Part shown: piece by piece, positions 45,820 through 56,083 of the stretch
Layout of the letters: each line of letters opens with the position of its first letter
Position numbering within the stretch: position 1 is the first letter of the stretch
Virus record (IMG/VR): IMGVR_UViG_643692013_000008
Coordinates: 43,573-107,572 of that record
Strand: one strand, 5' to 3'
Length of the DNA: 64,000 nt
DNA from: a virus
Taxonomy: Duplodnaviria > Caudoviricetes
The notes under the pieces: model-generated
Seen by the model: only the letters and a program-made list of their open reading frames with translations
Databases searched by the model: none
Told to the model about the DNA's origin: nothing
Translations under genes and position numbers: made by a program

Positions 45820-46227
45820 ATGGCTGAAGCGCAAGAGAAAGTTCTGAAGCCGGTCAAGGTGTACTGCAAACTGCCGCACGGCATCGCCTACCAGATGCCC
45901 GACGGCCGCACCGTCACGCTGGTGGGCTTCTATGGCGCGCGGCGCGCCGATGGCACACCGTCAGGCGTGCCGGGCACCGACACGTTCCTCGGCTTCGGCA
46001 TGACCATGATCGAGGCCGAGGACTGGGCCAAGATCGTCGAGCTGCACGGCAAGTCGGCGGCCCACGTGAACGGCTTCGTTTTCGCGGAGAAGGACGACAA
46101 GTCGTCCGAGTCGAAGGCCCGCGAGATCGAGAACGAAAAGACCGGCTTCGAATCGTATGACCCGAACGCGGCCCGCGAGGACCGCACCGTCGACGGCACG
46201 AAGAACGGCGAAATTCAACGCCAGTGA
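45820..46227 (+). CDS. Virion-associated protein
   Basis: VYCKLPHG family following MCP. Confidence 0.7.
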   Translation: MAEAQEKVLKPVKVYCKLPHGIAYQMPDGRTVTLVGFYGARRADGTPSGVPGTDTFLGFGMTMIEAEDWAKIVELHGKSAAHVNGFVFAEKDDKSSESKAREIENEKTGFESYDPNAAREDRTVDGTKNGEIQRQ

Positions 46228-46643
46228 GCACGCCGCCCGGAGTCGTCCTCTTCGATCCAGCCGCCTTCAAGGCGGCTTTTTCTGCTTTCGCGAACGTCGA
46301 CGACGGAGTGCTGGCCGGCTACTTCGCGATGGCCGAAATGTTCCTGAACAACTCGCCGGCGTCCGCAGTCCAGAACCTCGCGATGCGTGCACAGCTGCTC
46401 AACCTGATCACGGCGCACCTCGCGTTTCTCATGGGCCGGGCGGCGGCCGGCGACGGCTCCCAGGCTGCGATCGTCGGCCAGATGGTCTCGGCCGCCGAAG
46501 GTTCGGTCAACGCATCGTTCGCGCAGTCGCAATCGCAGAGCGCGGCATTCTGGGCGCAGAGCCAGTACGGCATCACGTTCTGGCAGATGGCGCTGCCCTT
46601 CCGCACCTTCCGCTACATGGCGGCCCCGTATGTGTGCCGCTAA
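46224..46643 (+). CDS. Head-tail adaptor, DUF4054-like
   Basis: FDPAAF; LITAH; EGSV; QSQYG..FW. Confidence 0.8.
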   Translation: MSTPPGVVLFDPAAFKAAFSAFANVDDGVLAGYFAMAEMFLNNSPASAVQNLAMRAQLLNLITAHLAFLMGRAAAGDGSQAAIVGQMVSAAEGSVNASFAQSQSQSAAFWAQSQYGITFWQMALPFRTFRYMAAPYVCR

Positions 46644-47127
46644 GGTTGCCGGCGGCGCCAAGCTCGACGCCGCGCTCGCGCGCTATCTCGACGGCTCGAC
46701 GAAGACGATGCGCGCCGGCCTGCTGGAAGGTTCGACCGAGCCCGACGGCACGCCGACTGCGTTGGTCGGCTTCTGGAACGAGTACGGCACGACGCGCACC
46801 ACCGACACCGGCGCCGTCGAGCACGTGCCGCCCCGCCCCTTCATGCGCACCACCTCGATCGACAAGGCCGCGCGCTGGGCGAAGATCGTCGGCGCGATGC
46901 TCCAGCGCAACGGCGGCGACTTCGATGCGGCGCTGCGCGCAGCCGGCGAGGCCGCGGTGACCGACATCCAAAAGACGATCGGCGACTGGAGCAATCCGCC
47001 GAACGCGCCCTCCACGATCGCGAAAAAGGGCTTCGACGGCCCGCTGCGCGGCTCGGCCGCCGCGCCGATGCAGCACGCGGTCGCCTACGACATCGTCGAC
47101 GGACCTGTCACCGATGAATCTGCATAA
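46630..47127 (+). CDS. Neck/tail completion protein
   Basis: NEYGT..PPRPFMR..PNAPSTIAKKG. Confidence 0.8.
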   Translation: MCAAKVAGGAKLDAALARYLDGSTKTMRAGLLEGSTEPDGTPTALVGFWNEYGTTRTTDTGAVEHVPPRPFMRTTSIDKAARWAKIVGAMLQRNGGDFDAALRAAGEAAVTDIQKTIGDWSNPPNAPSTIAKKGFDGPLRGSAAAPMQHAVAYDIVDGPVTDESA

Positions 47128-47521
47128 TCTCGTCGCCGGCGTGATCGGCGCCGTCAATCCCCACGTCCCAGTCACGCTGCAGCAGCAGAACGCTGGCTAC
47201 ACGACGGCGCCTGATGGCGGCCGCACGCCGCTCTACACGGCCTCGCCGCAGATCGCTCAGGTGCAGGCGCTGTCCGCGCGCGAGATCGCGCACCTTGACG
47301 GCCTGAACATCCAGGGCGTGCTGCGCAAGGCATACCTGACCGGCAACTGGCAAGGCGTCTACCGGCCCGGCAACCAAGGCGGCGACCTGCTGGTGTTCGG
47401 CAGCACGGCTGACGTGCCGGCCAACCTGCAGGGCACCACGTGGCGCGTCGTGCAGGTGCTCGAGACGTGGGCCGACTGGTGCGCGCTGGCCGTGCAACTG
47501 CAGAACGTCTCGGCGAACTGA
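47114..47521 (+). CDS. Head-closure protein
   Basis: MNLH..V...IGAVNP; QVQAL; ETWADW. Confidence 0.7.
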   Translation: MNLHNLVAGVIGAVNPHVPVTLQQQNAGYTTAPDGGRTPLYTASPQIAQVQALSAREIAHLDGLNIQGVLRKAYLTGNWQGVYRPGNQGGDLLVFGSTADVPANLQGTTWRVVQVLETWADWCALAVQLQNVSAN

Positions 47522-47523
47522 CG

Positions 47524-48081
47524 ATGGCCGTCACCATCTCCCTCACTGAATCGGACGTCTACGCGGCGCTGCGCATCTTCCTGCTCGGCGTGCTGCCCAC
47601 CGGCGTCGAGGTCGTGAAGGCTCAGGACAACGGCGTCGGCGAGCCGGTCGGCGCGGACTTCGTCACGATCAACTCGATCGCCGCGCCGCGGCTCGCGACG
47701 AACGTCGTCACCTATGACGACCCGGTGGGCGCCGGCGGCAGCGGGCCCGGCACGCGCAGCGCCATGCAGGCAATCCAGATGCGCCTGCAGCTCGACGTCC
47801 ACGGCCCGAACTCGGCCGACAACGCGGCGATCATCTCGACGCTGTTTCGCGACGAATACGCATGCGTTGCAATCGGCACCGTCAATTCAAATATTCAACC
47901 GTTGTATTGCGAAAATCCCCGTCAAATGCCGTTTATTAACGGGGAAAACCAATATGAGCAGCGTTGGATAATTGAACTGGCTCTGCAATACAATCCAATC
48001 ACGCAATCGCCGCAGGATTTTTTCGACGAAATCACACCAGAAATCGTCAATGTCGACGCGGCATATCCTCCCGGAGCTTAA
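47524..48081 (+). CDS. Tail terminator protein
   Basis: Directly before sheath; QLDVHG; YEQRW; LQYNP. Confidence 0.7.
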   Translation: MAVTISLTESDVYAALRIFLLGVLPTGVEVVKAQDNGVGEPVGADFVTINSIAAPRLATNVVTYDDPVGAGGSGPGTRSAMQAIQMRLQLDVHGPNSADNAAIISTLFRDEYACVAIGTVNSNIQPLYCENPRQMPFINGENQYEQRWIIELALQYNPITQSPQDFFDEITPEIVNVDAAYPPGA

Positions 48082-48084
48082 GTC

Positions 48085-49581
48085 ATGTCGATCCCGGCAT
48101 CCGTCATCGCGTCAGCAACCCCGAGCGTCATCAGCGCGGGCGGCACAGCGCTCGATCTCGTCGGGATTATCCTGACGACCAATACCCGAGTTCCTATCGG
48201 CTCGGTTCCGAGTTTCCCCAATCAGGCCGCCGTCGCCAATTATTTCGGTCCGACGTCAACGGAAGCCGCGCTTGCTTCGAAATATTTCGGCGGATTCGAT
48301 AATTCCGACGTAAAGCCGGGCGCGCTGCGTTTCTCGCAATATCCGACAGCATCGGTCGGCGCGTATCTGCGCGGCGGTTCGCTGGCCGGCATGACGCTGC
48401 AGCAGCTTCAGGCGCTGACCGGCACGCTCACCGTGACGGTGGACGGCGTCGCGAAGACCTCGAGCACGATCAACCTGTCGGCGGCCACCAGTTTTTCGAA
48501 CGCAGCGACGATCATCGCCGCGGCATTCACGAGCGGGCCGACCGTCGCCTACGACAGCCAGTCGTCGGCGTTCATCATCGGCTCGACCACCACCGGCACC
48601 TCGTCGACGCTCGGCTTCGCGACCGGCACGCTTGCCGCGCCGCTGCTGCTGACCTCGGCCACCGGCGCCGTCACGTCGCAGGGCGCGGCCGCGACGACAC
48701 CGGCCGCCGCCATGACCGCGATCGTGGCGCTGACCACGAACTGGGTGTCGTTCATGACGGCATTCGATCCGGACAACGGGACGGGCAACGCGAACAAGCT
48801 CGCGTTCTCGCAGTGGACGTCGGCGCAGGGCAATCGTTACCTCTACGCGGCCTGGGATACCGATGCTGCGCCGGCGGCCAGCAACGCCGCAACATCGTCG
48901 CTGGGCGCGCTGGTCAAGCAAGGTTCGCTCAGCGGTGTCGTCCCGATCTGGGGACCGGCCGACAAGGCAGCGTTCCTGATGGGCGCGATCGCGTCGATCA
49001 ATTTCTCGGCGACGAACGGCCGTATCACGCTCGACCTCAAGGGCCAGTCGGGGCTGATGGCCGACGTCACCGATGCCACCACCTACGCGAACCTGATCGC
49101 CAACGGCTACAACATGTACGCCGACTTCGCGACGGCGAACGACGAGTTCAGATTCTTCACGCCTGGCAGCATCGGCGGCCAATACGACTGGATCGACTCC
49201 TACGTCAACCAGATCTGGCTGAACAACGCGTTCCAGCTCGCGATCATGAACGGCTTCACGCAGTCGAAATCGGTGCCGTACAACGCGGGCGGCGACGCGC
49301 TCATCGAAGCGTGGCTCGGCGACCCGATCACGGCGGCCGCGAACTTCGGCGCCATCCAGTCGGGCGTCACCCTGTCCGCCGCGCAGGCCGCCGAGGTCAA
49401 CCAGGCCGCCGCCCGCAAGATCGACAGCGTGCTCTCCTCCCGCGGCTGGTATCTGCAAGTGCTCGCCTCGCAGGCCACCGCGCAGACGCGCGCGGCCCGC
49501 ACGTCGCCGCCGTGCTCGTTCTGGTACATGGACGGCGGCTCGGTTCAACAGCTCAACCTCGCCTCGGTGATGGTCCAGTAA
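48085..49581 (+). CDS. Tail sheath protein (DUF3383)
   Basis: [14 protein letters not shown]; YFG..STEA; WYMDGGSVQ. Confidence 0.88.
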   Translation: MSIPASVIASATPSVISAGGTALDLVGIILTTNTRVPIGSVPSFPNQAAVANYFGPTSTEAALASKYFGGFDNSDVKPGALRFSQYPTASVGAYLRGGSLAGMTLQQLQALTGTLTVTVDGVAKTSSTINLSAATSFSNAATIIAAAFTSGPTVAYDSQSSAFIIGSTTTGTSSTLGFATGTLAAPLLLTSATGAVTSQGAAATTPAAAMTAIVALTTNWVSFMTAFDPDNGTGNANKLAFSQWTSAQGNRYLYAAWDTDAAPAASNAATSSLGALVKQGSLSGVVPIWGPADKAAFLMGAIASINFSATNGRITLDLKGQSGLMADVTDATTYANLIANGYNMYADFATANDEFRFFTPGSIGGQYDWIDSYVNQIWLNNAFQLAIMNGFTQSKSVPYNAGGDALIEAWLGDPITAAANFGAIQSGVTLSAAQAAEVNQAAARKIDSVLSSRGWYLQVLASQATAQTRAARTSPPCSFWYMDGGSVQQLNLASVMVQ

Positions 49582-49591
49582 GGGAGCAATC

Positions 49592-50026
49592 ATGTCAGGA
49601 ACGATTACCAGCGCGAACAGCGTGATCATGCTCGGTGTGAGCACGATTTTCCCGATCGCGCAGCAGATCCAGGGCTACACGGCCGACGACATCTTCGATA
49701 CCGACGACGTCGACATGGCTGAGGTCGTCATGGGCCTGGACGGCAAGCAGTCGGCCGGCTGGGTGCCGTACAACGTGAAGTGGCGCATCTCCCTGATGCC
49801 GAACTCCGACGCGATCCTCATCTTCGACGCGGTGATCACCGCCGAGCGCGTCGCGCAGGACAAGTTCACCTGGAACGGCGTGGTGACGCTGAAGGGCCCT
49901 GGCACCAAGTACACGATGAGCAACGGTGTGCTGACGCGCGGCAAGATCATGCCCGACGCCAAGAAGACCCTGCAGCCGCAGACCTACGAAATCACCTGGG
50001 AGTCGGTGCTTCCGTCGCCGATGTGA
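49592..50026 (+). CDS. Tail tube protein
   Basis: TITSANS; MGLDGK.SAG; PDAKKTLQP. Confidence 0.85.
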   Translation: MSGTITSANSVIMLGVSTIFPIAQQIQGYTADDIFDTDDVDMAEVVMGLDGKQSAGWVPYNVKWRISLMPNSDAILIFDAVITAERVAQDKFTWNGVVTLKGPGTKYTMSNGVLTRGKIMPDAKKTLQPQTYEITWESVLPSPM

Positions 50027-50027
50027 C

Positions 50028-50465
50028 ATGCCGAGAAAAACCGCCACCTTCATTGCTACCGACGGCCGCGACGCCGGCAAGCGCTTCCTGATCACCGAAA
50101 TGTCGGCGGCCCGCTCCGAGGAGTGGGCCGCGCGCGCTTTGTTCGCCGTCATGAGCAGCGGCGTCGAGGTGCCCGAGGACGTGCTCGGCGCTGGCCTGGC
50201 CGGCGTGGCCGCGCTCGGTATCCAGTCGCTCGGCCGCGTGCCGTTCGAGATCGCGAAACCCCTGTTCGACGAAATGATGACCTGCGTGCAGTTCGCCTAC
50301 GGCGATGGCGGCGGCGCGGCGCGGCAGCTGATCGACGACGACACCGAGGAAGTGGCGACGCGCCTGCGGCTGAGAAAGGTCGTGCTCGACCTTCACCTCG
50401 AGGGTTTTCTCGGCGCCGCCCAATCCGCGCAGGCCACTGGGGCGGCGCCAACACCGGGCGCCTGA
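50028..50465 (+). CDS. Tail assembly chaperone
   Basis: Between tube and tape measure. Confidence 0.8.
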   Translation: MPRKTATFIATDGRDAGKRFLITEMSAARSEEWAARALFAVMSSGVEVPEDVLGAGLAGVAALGIQSLGRVPFEIAKPLFDEMMTCVQFAYGDGGGAARQLIDDDTEEVATRLRLRKVVLDLHLEGFLGAAQSAQATGAAPTPGA

Positions 50466-50632
50466 TCGACTATCCGAACGTGCCGCGCGCGATCGGCGCG
50501 GTCGTTTCCCGCCGGCTCGCCACCCCGGCGGAGCTGAACACCGTCTACGGCCAGGATGACCTGCATGACCTGCTCGAAATAATCGCCGTCGACAGCTACA
50601 ACGAGCGCGTCGCGGCAGAACGGAGGAACTGA
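50402..50632 (+). CDS. -1 frameshift extension of the tail chaperone (G-T type)
   Basis: Slippery G GGT TTT 50402-50408; -1 frame open to 50632. Confidence 0.7.
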   Translation, partial: GFSRRRPIRAGHWGGANTGRLIDYPNVPRAIGAVVSRRLATPAELNTVYGQDDLHDLLEIIAVDSYNERVAAERRN

Positions 50633-50634
50633 CC

Positions 50635-52614
50635 GTGGCAACCATCGTCGACGCGCTCGTCGTCACTCTCGGCCTCGACGCGGCCGCTTTCAAGCGCAGC
50701 AAGGCCGAGGCCAGCCAGGCCACCAAGAAGCTCACCGCGGAGGAGCTGGCCGCGGCCAAGAAGATCGAGGCGAACAACAAGATCGCCGCCGAATCGTTCA
50801 AGCGCGTGCGCACCGAAGTCTTGGCGCTCGTCGGCCTGTTCACCGCCGGCCTCGGCTTGACCGCCTTCACCGTCAACACCATCAAGACCGCAGCCGCGCT
50901 CGACCGCATGTCGAACAACCTCGGCATGAGCGCGCGCGACCTCGCGTCGTGGCAGCTCGCCGCGCGCAACGCCGGCAGCAGCGCGGAGGGCATCACTGCA
51001 GCGTTGGCGGAGTCGCAGAACGAGATCGCCCGGATGCGCTTCACCGGACCATCGGAGGGCATGCAATGGTTCTTCCGTCTGGGCGGAAAAACCGAAGACC
51101 TGAAGGACGGCAACACCTACCTGCTCGCGCGCTCGCGCATCATCGCGAACATGTTCAAGGTGGACCCGGGCCGGGCGCGCTTCATCGCGCAGCAAATGGG
51201 GATCAGCGACGACGCGTTCAACCTGCTCAAGCAAGGCCCGGAGGCCGTCCAGCGCTACCGCGACCAGCAGGCCGCCCTGGCCGATGAGATGGCGCGCGCC
51301 GCGCCGCCGGCCGAAGCCCTGCGCAAGCAGTTCGACCTGCTTGAGACGAAGCTCCAGAGCGTGGGCGTCGCGGTGCTCACCGATCTCATGCCGATGTTCG
51401 AACGTCTGCTACGCCAGCTCGACAGCATGGCTACGTGGGTATCGGATCACAAAGAGGACATCAATCAGTGGGTCGACAATGCCGTCAAGGCCGTCGGACG
51501 CTTCATCGAATGGGCGGACAGGGCAGCTGATTCGGTGGGCGGATGGAAAAACGTGCTGGCAGGGTTGCTCGCACTGAAGATTCTCTCGATCGTCGCGCCA
51601 CTCCTCCAACTTGGCGCCGCATTAGCTGGTGTCGGCGCCGGACTCGGGTTGATCGGACGCGTCGGCGTAGCCGGCGTCGCGGTGATGGCGGCTCTCTGGG
51701 CCGCAAAGAAGCTGGGGCTGCCCGACGTCGACGCGCAGAAGGGCATCGACGACGTGCGCCGCGGAGACTTCCTTGCAGCCTCCACCCATTTGCCGGCCAT
51801 GGACCTGATTCGAGCCTTTGCGGCGCGAATGGGCGGCAAGTCGAACGAGGACATCGCGAAGGATCTCGAATCGAGTCTCGGTGCGTCGAAATCCGGTGAC
51901 GACGGTTTCGCCCAGCAGATCGCCGCCCTGCTCTCGGGAACCGCCAACGCGGCAGAGCCTAGCGAGAACGGCATCCCCGCCGATCTCGCGCGCAAGGCTG
52001 GGCCGGCGGCCGTGGCTGCTGCGCTGCGCACTCAGCAGCTCTACGGCGTGCCCGCTGCTGTGACGCTCGCGCAGTACGGCTTGGAGAGCGGTTTCGGCTC
52101 GAAGATGCCGCCCGGCAGCAACAACCCCTTCGGCATCCACGCGCGTGCTGGTCAGGCATCAGTTATGGGCTATGACTGGGACGCCTCCGGCAACCGCGTG
52201 CCGACGAAATTCGCGAAGTACGCGTCCATCGATGAGGCATTCGAGGCGCACGGCAAGCTTCTGGCAACCGGCTCGGCCTACGCGGCCGCCCGCCGCAACC
52301 AGGGCGACCCACTCGCCTATGCGATGGCGCTTACCGGCACATACGCTACCGATCCGCAGTACGGCCAAAAGCTCGCCGCGATGATGGGCATGGGAGGCGC
52401 CAACGCCTACCAGATCGCGCAGCAGACCGCAGCCGTGGCGCGCTCTGGAGGTCGCGAGAGCGGCTCAACTTCGATGTCCACTTCCGAGACGAATATCGGA
52501 TCGATCAACGTCAACTCTCAGGCTACTGATGCCGCCGGCATCGCGCGTGACATCGGCAGCGCGCTCAAGCGCTACAACTTCACCGTGGCCCAGGCCAACA
52601 CCGGATCGTTCTGA
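50635..52614 (+). CDS. Tape measure protein with GH73/FlgJ-like muralytic domain
   Basis: ATIVDALVVTLGLD; AQYGLESG..NNPFGI..YATDPQY. Confidence 0.88.
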   Translation: MATIVDALVVTLGLDAAAFKRSKAEASQATKKLTAEELAAAKKIEANNKIAAESFKRVRTEVLALVGLFTAGLGLTAFTVNTIKTAAALDRMSNNLGMSARDLASWQLAARNAGSSAEGITAALAESQNEIARMRFTGPSEGMQWFFRLGGKTEDLKDGNTYLLARSRIIANMFKVDPGRARFIAQQMGISDDAFNLLKQGPEAVQRYRDQQAALADEMARAAPPAEALRKQFDLLETKLQSVGVAVLTDLMPMFERLLRQLDSMATWVSDHKEDINQWVDNAVKAVGRFIEWADRAADSVGGWKNVLAGLLALKILSIVAPLLQLGAALAGVGAGLGLIGRVGVAGVAVMAALWAAKKLGLPDVDAQKGIDDVRRGDFLAASTHLPAMDLIRAFAARMGGKSNEDIAKDLESSLGASKSGDDGFAQQIAALLSGTANAAEPSENGIPADLARKAGPAAVAAALRTQQLYGVPAAVTLAQYGLESGFGSKMPPGSNNPFGIHARAGQASVMGYDWDASGNRVPTKFAKYASIDEAFEAHGKLLATGSAYAAARRNQGDPLAYAMALTGTYATDPQYGQKLAAMMGMGGANAYQIAQQTAAVARSGGRESGSTSMSTSETNIGSINVNSQATDAAGIARDIGSALKRYNFTVAQANTGSF

Positions 52615-52616
52615 CC

Positions 52617-53321
52617 ATGCCGCTCCCGAATCTCCCGGTCCCCGACTTCCCGAACGTTCCGCCTCTGCCCGGCGTGCCGGCTCTGCCGCGCGCGCCCGGC
52701 GAGTCGCTGGGCTCGTTCGCGATCAGCACTGTGCTCTCCGACGCGGTCAGCTTCCTGCAATCGATCTTCCGGCCGCAGTGGGGCATCTTCGACAGCACTG
52801 GCGCACCGGTCGCGCCGGCTGACACCGCCCTGTCGATCGAGTACCGCGGCGACTCGCACATCTCCGGCTACCCGCAGGAGGAAGGCGGTTTTGCTGCCTA
52901 CAACAAGGTGCAGGCGCCCTACGAGGCGCGCGTGCAGCTCGTGTGCTCAAAATCGGAAGCGCAGCGACAGGAATTCCTTGCGCAGATCGAGGCGGCCAAG
53001 CAGTCGACCATGCTATTTCGCGTCGTGACGCCGGATGCCGTCTACGAAAACGCAAACGTCATCTCGTACAACTATCGACGCACGTCGCGCGCGGGTGTGA
53101 CGTTGCTCGTGGTCGAAGTGTTCGTCGAGGAAGTCCGGCAGACGGTGACAGCTCAATACGCGAACACCAAGAATCCGAGCGCCTCCGATCCGATCAGCCT
53201 GGGTCAGGTCCAGGTGCAGCCGCCCTCGGCCGGGCAGGCCGCGCTGTTCGGTCCGGTGTCCGTGGTGGGTGGAACGTCGAATTCGGTCAATCAGTTGATC
53301 CAATCAAGCGGGGTGCAATGA
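52617..53321 (+). CDS. Baseplate/tail tube initiator protein
   Basis: QWGIFD; YPQEEG.F..YNKV. Confidence 0.7.
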   Translation: MPLPNLPVPDFPNVPPLPGVPALPRAPGESLGSFAISTVLSDAVSFLQSIFRPQWGIFDSTGAPVAPADTALSIEYRGDSHISGYPQEEGGFAAYNKVQAPYEARVQLVCSKSEAQRQEFLAQIEAAKQSTMLFRVVTPDAVYENANVISYNYRRTSRAGVTLLVVEVFVEEVRQTVTAQYANTKNPSASDPISLGQVQVQPPSAGQAALFGPVSVVGGTSNSVNQLIQSSGVQ

Positions 53322-53623
53322 TGCAGATCATCCCGCTTTCCGCTGTGCCCTCGCAGAAGCTGAGCGTGATGCTCGCTCAGCAGAACTGCCAGATCGCCGT
53401 CTACCAGACGACAACGGGTCTCTACCTCGACCTCTCGATCAACAATGCGGCGCTGCGCACCGGCGTTCTCTGCCGCGACCGCGTGCTGCTCGTGCGCTTT
53501 GCCTATCTCGGCTTCGTGGGCGACCTCGCTTTCTTCGACACACAGGGCGTCGACGATCCCGACTACACCGGGCTTGGCGCGCGCTTCCAACTCGTCTACC
53601 TTGAGGCATCGGACTTGTCATGA
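53318..53623 (+). CDS. Small baseplate protein
   Basis: IPLSAVPSQ; F.DTQG..DP. Confidence 0.7.
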   Translation: MMQIIPLSAVPSQKLSVMLAQQNCQIAVYQTTTGLYLDLSINNAALRTGVLCRDRVLLVRFAYLGFVGDLAFFDTQGVDDPDYTGLGARFQLVYLEASDLS

Positions 53624-54481
53624 GCTTCACGCGGAAACGGATCGACGTCACGATCCAACTGGGCACAGGTCAGTTCGGCGACACCGGATCGAGCAAGGTG
53701 ACCATCACTGGACTGCGCGTGCAGGCGCTGCTGAATTCATATGGCAGCGAGGCTATGTCCGATGTGCAGGCTCGCATCTACGGCTTGCCGCTGTCGATGA
53801 TCAACCAGCTCACGACGGTCGGCCCGATCAACACCGCCTATCGCAACAACACGCTTGAGCTCGCGGCAGGTGACGACGAACACGGTATGTCGGTCGTCTA
53901 CAGCGGCACGATCGGCGAAGCCTGGGGCGACTTCGCGGGTGCGCCCGAGGTTGCGTTAAATGTCATCGGCTGGGCCGGCCTCTTCCAAGCCGTGAAGCCG
54001 GTTGGCGCAAGCAGCTACCTTGGCTCCGTCGACGCGGCTACTGTGATGCAGGACCTCGCGAATATGATGGGGCTCGCGTTCGAGAACAACGGTGTCTCGG
54101 TGCAGTTGGCCTACCCCTACTTCCCTGGCACGGCGCTTGCCCAGGTCCCGCGCGTGCGCGCGCGCCGCAGACATCAACTACTCGATCGAGCGCGGCACGC
54201 TCGCGATCTGGCCTCGTAACGGCGCGCGCGCCGGCGACATCCCGACCATCTCGACGGCGACCGGCATGGTCGGCTACCCCCGCTTTACCAGCAAGGGCAT
54301 CGCGGTCCAGTGCGAGTTTAATCGGTCGATCCGGCAGGGCGGCCAGGTGAAGGTCGAGAGCATCCTGCAGGTCGCCTCCGGCACGTGGAACGTCTTCGGC
54401 GTCACGCATGCGCTCGAGAGCGAAACGCCGAACGGATCCTGGTACACAACCTTCGAGGGGTTTCCGCAGAATGGAGAATGA
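53620..54481 (+). pseudogene. Baseplate hub protein split by a +1 frameshift (mutation or sequencing error)
   Basis: Removing one C from CCC 54147-54149 joins ...LAQV to RACARAADINYSIER... Confidence 0.75.
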
Positions 54482-55226
54482 TGCTTTCGGCTACCGCGGG
54501 CTGCAGAAGCCATCGAGCGGGACGTCCGACTTCAACGCCCAATCCTTCCTCATCTGGCAGATCCTGCGCCAGATCAGCGGCGCGCGCCTCGTGAAGGTCA
54601 TGTCGGTGACGAGCGCGGGCGACGTGGCGCCGGTCGGCTTCGTTGACGTGCAGCCGCTTGTGAACCAGCTCGACGGCAGCGACCAGGCCGTGCCGCACGG
54701 CACGATCTACCACCTGCCGTTCTTCCGGCTGCAGGGCGGCGCGAACGCCGTGATCATCGACCCGCAGGTCGGAGATATCGGCGTGGCCGTGATTGAGGAC
54801 CGCGACATCTCGTCGGCCAAGGCGAACCGCGGCTTCGCGAACCCCGGCTCGAAACGCATCTTCGACATGGCCGACGGGCTCTACATCGGCGGGTTCCTGA
54901 ACGGCGCGCCGCAGCAGATCGTCCAGTTCAATGCCGCCGGCATCACGATCTCGTCGCCCACGCAGATCCGGCTGGCCGCGCCGACCATCGTGATCCAGGC
55001 GACGCAGACGGTCGGCATCACGGCCGGCCAGGAGATCACGAACTCGGCGCCGATCGTGGAGGTCGACGGGCAGATGACTCAAGGCGAGGGACCGCTCGGC
55101 GGCAATGCGTCGATGCAAGGCCCCCTATTCGTCCAGCAGGACGTCACGGCCGCCGGCACGAGCCTGCATTCTCACACGCACCCGGGCGTGCAACCGGGCG
55201 ACGGCAATACGGGAGCGCCGAACTGA
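54471..55226 (+). CDS. Baseplate spike (gpV/Gp138-like)
   Basis: VDVQPLV; DPQVGDIG; C-terminal HSHTH metal site. Confidence 0.85.
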   Translation: MENDAFGYRGLQKPSSGTSDFNAQSFLIWQILRQISGARLVKVMSVTSAGDVAPVGFVDVQPLVNQLDGSDQAVPHGTIYHLPFFRLQGGANAVIIDPQVGDIGVAVIEDRDISSAKANRGFANPGSKRIFDMADGLYIGGFLNGAPQQIVQFNAAGITISSPTQIRLAAPTIVIQATQTVGITAGQEITNSAPIVEVDGQMTQGEGPLGGNASMQGPLFVQQDVTAAGTSLHSHTHPGVQPGDGNTGAPN

Positions 55227-55720
55227 TGAAGATCGAACTGACCGCAGAGCGCGCGCGCGAGCTGCTTAATTACGACCAGGCAACAGGTATTTTCACGTGG
55301 GTGAAGTCACGGGGAAGCGTGCGCGCCGGCAGTCAAGCAGGCAATGCCGATGCTTCCGGGTATATACGAATTCGTCTTGATCGATATCTGCATCATGCGC
55401 ACCGCATCGCATGGTTGATGGTTCACGGCACTTTCCCCATCTTTGAAATCGACCACAGAAATGGAGTTCGGTCCGACAATCGAATCGTCAATCTCCGCGA
55501 AGCGACGCGCACGCAACAAATGCGCAACAAGGCGATTCAGTCCAACAATCAATCCGGGTTCAAGGGCGTCACTTTCTACCGGCGCGATGCGGTTTGGGTA
55601 GCGACAATATCGTATGAAGGAAGGTCCCATCACCTGGGCCGCTTCCCCACTGCAGAAACCGCACATGCAGCATATGCCGACAGGGCGCGACAAGTTTTCG
55701 GTGAGTTTGCGAGGATCTGA
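55226..55720 (+). CDS. HNH-AP2 homing endonuclease
   Basis: AHRIAW; IDHRNG..DNRI.NLR; SGFKGV..W.A.I..LGRF. Confidence 0.92.
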   Translation: MKIELTAERARELLNYDQATGIFTWVKSRGSVRAGSQAGNADASGYIRIRLDRYLHHAHRIAWLMVHGTFPIFEIDHRNGVRSDNRIVNLREATRTQQMRNKAIQSNNQSGFKGVTFYRRDAVWVATISYEGRSHHLGRFPTAETAHAAYADRARQVFGEFARI

Positions 55721-55722
55721 AA

Positions 55723-56076
55723 ATGCCTTCTACGCTGCTTCTTGATCAGCAAACCTGGGATCTCTGCGTTGACGCCGCCGGCAACATCGCGGTGGCCGAC
55801 GAGCCCTATGCGATCGCGCAGGACGCCGCAAGCGCGGTGCGCACGTTCCAAGGCGAATGCTGGTTCAACACCACCATCGGCGTGCCGTACTGGTCCGACA
55901 TCCTCGGCCACCGGCCACCGCTTCAGCTTGTGAAGTCGAGCATCGTCACGGAAGCAAAGCGCGTGCAGAACGTGGTGGGCGCGCAGTGCTTCCTGACCGG
56001 CTTCGTCGATCGCAAGCTCACCGGCCAGTTGCAGGTCGCCACCGCAGCCGGCGTGCTGCCGCCCATCAACTTCTGA
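55723..56076 (+). CDS. Baseplate wedge protein (gpW/gp25-like)
   Basis: WDL..D..GNIA; GECWF...GVPY. Confidence 0.75.
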   Translation: MPSTLLLDQQTWDLCVDAAGNIAVADEPYAIAQDAASAVRTFQGECWFNTTIGVPYWSDILGHRPPLQLVKSSIVTEAKRVQNVVGAQCFLTGFVDRKLTGQLQVATAAGVLPPINF

Positions 56077-56083
56077 GGCTCAC

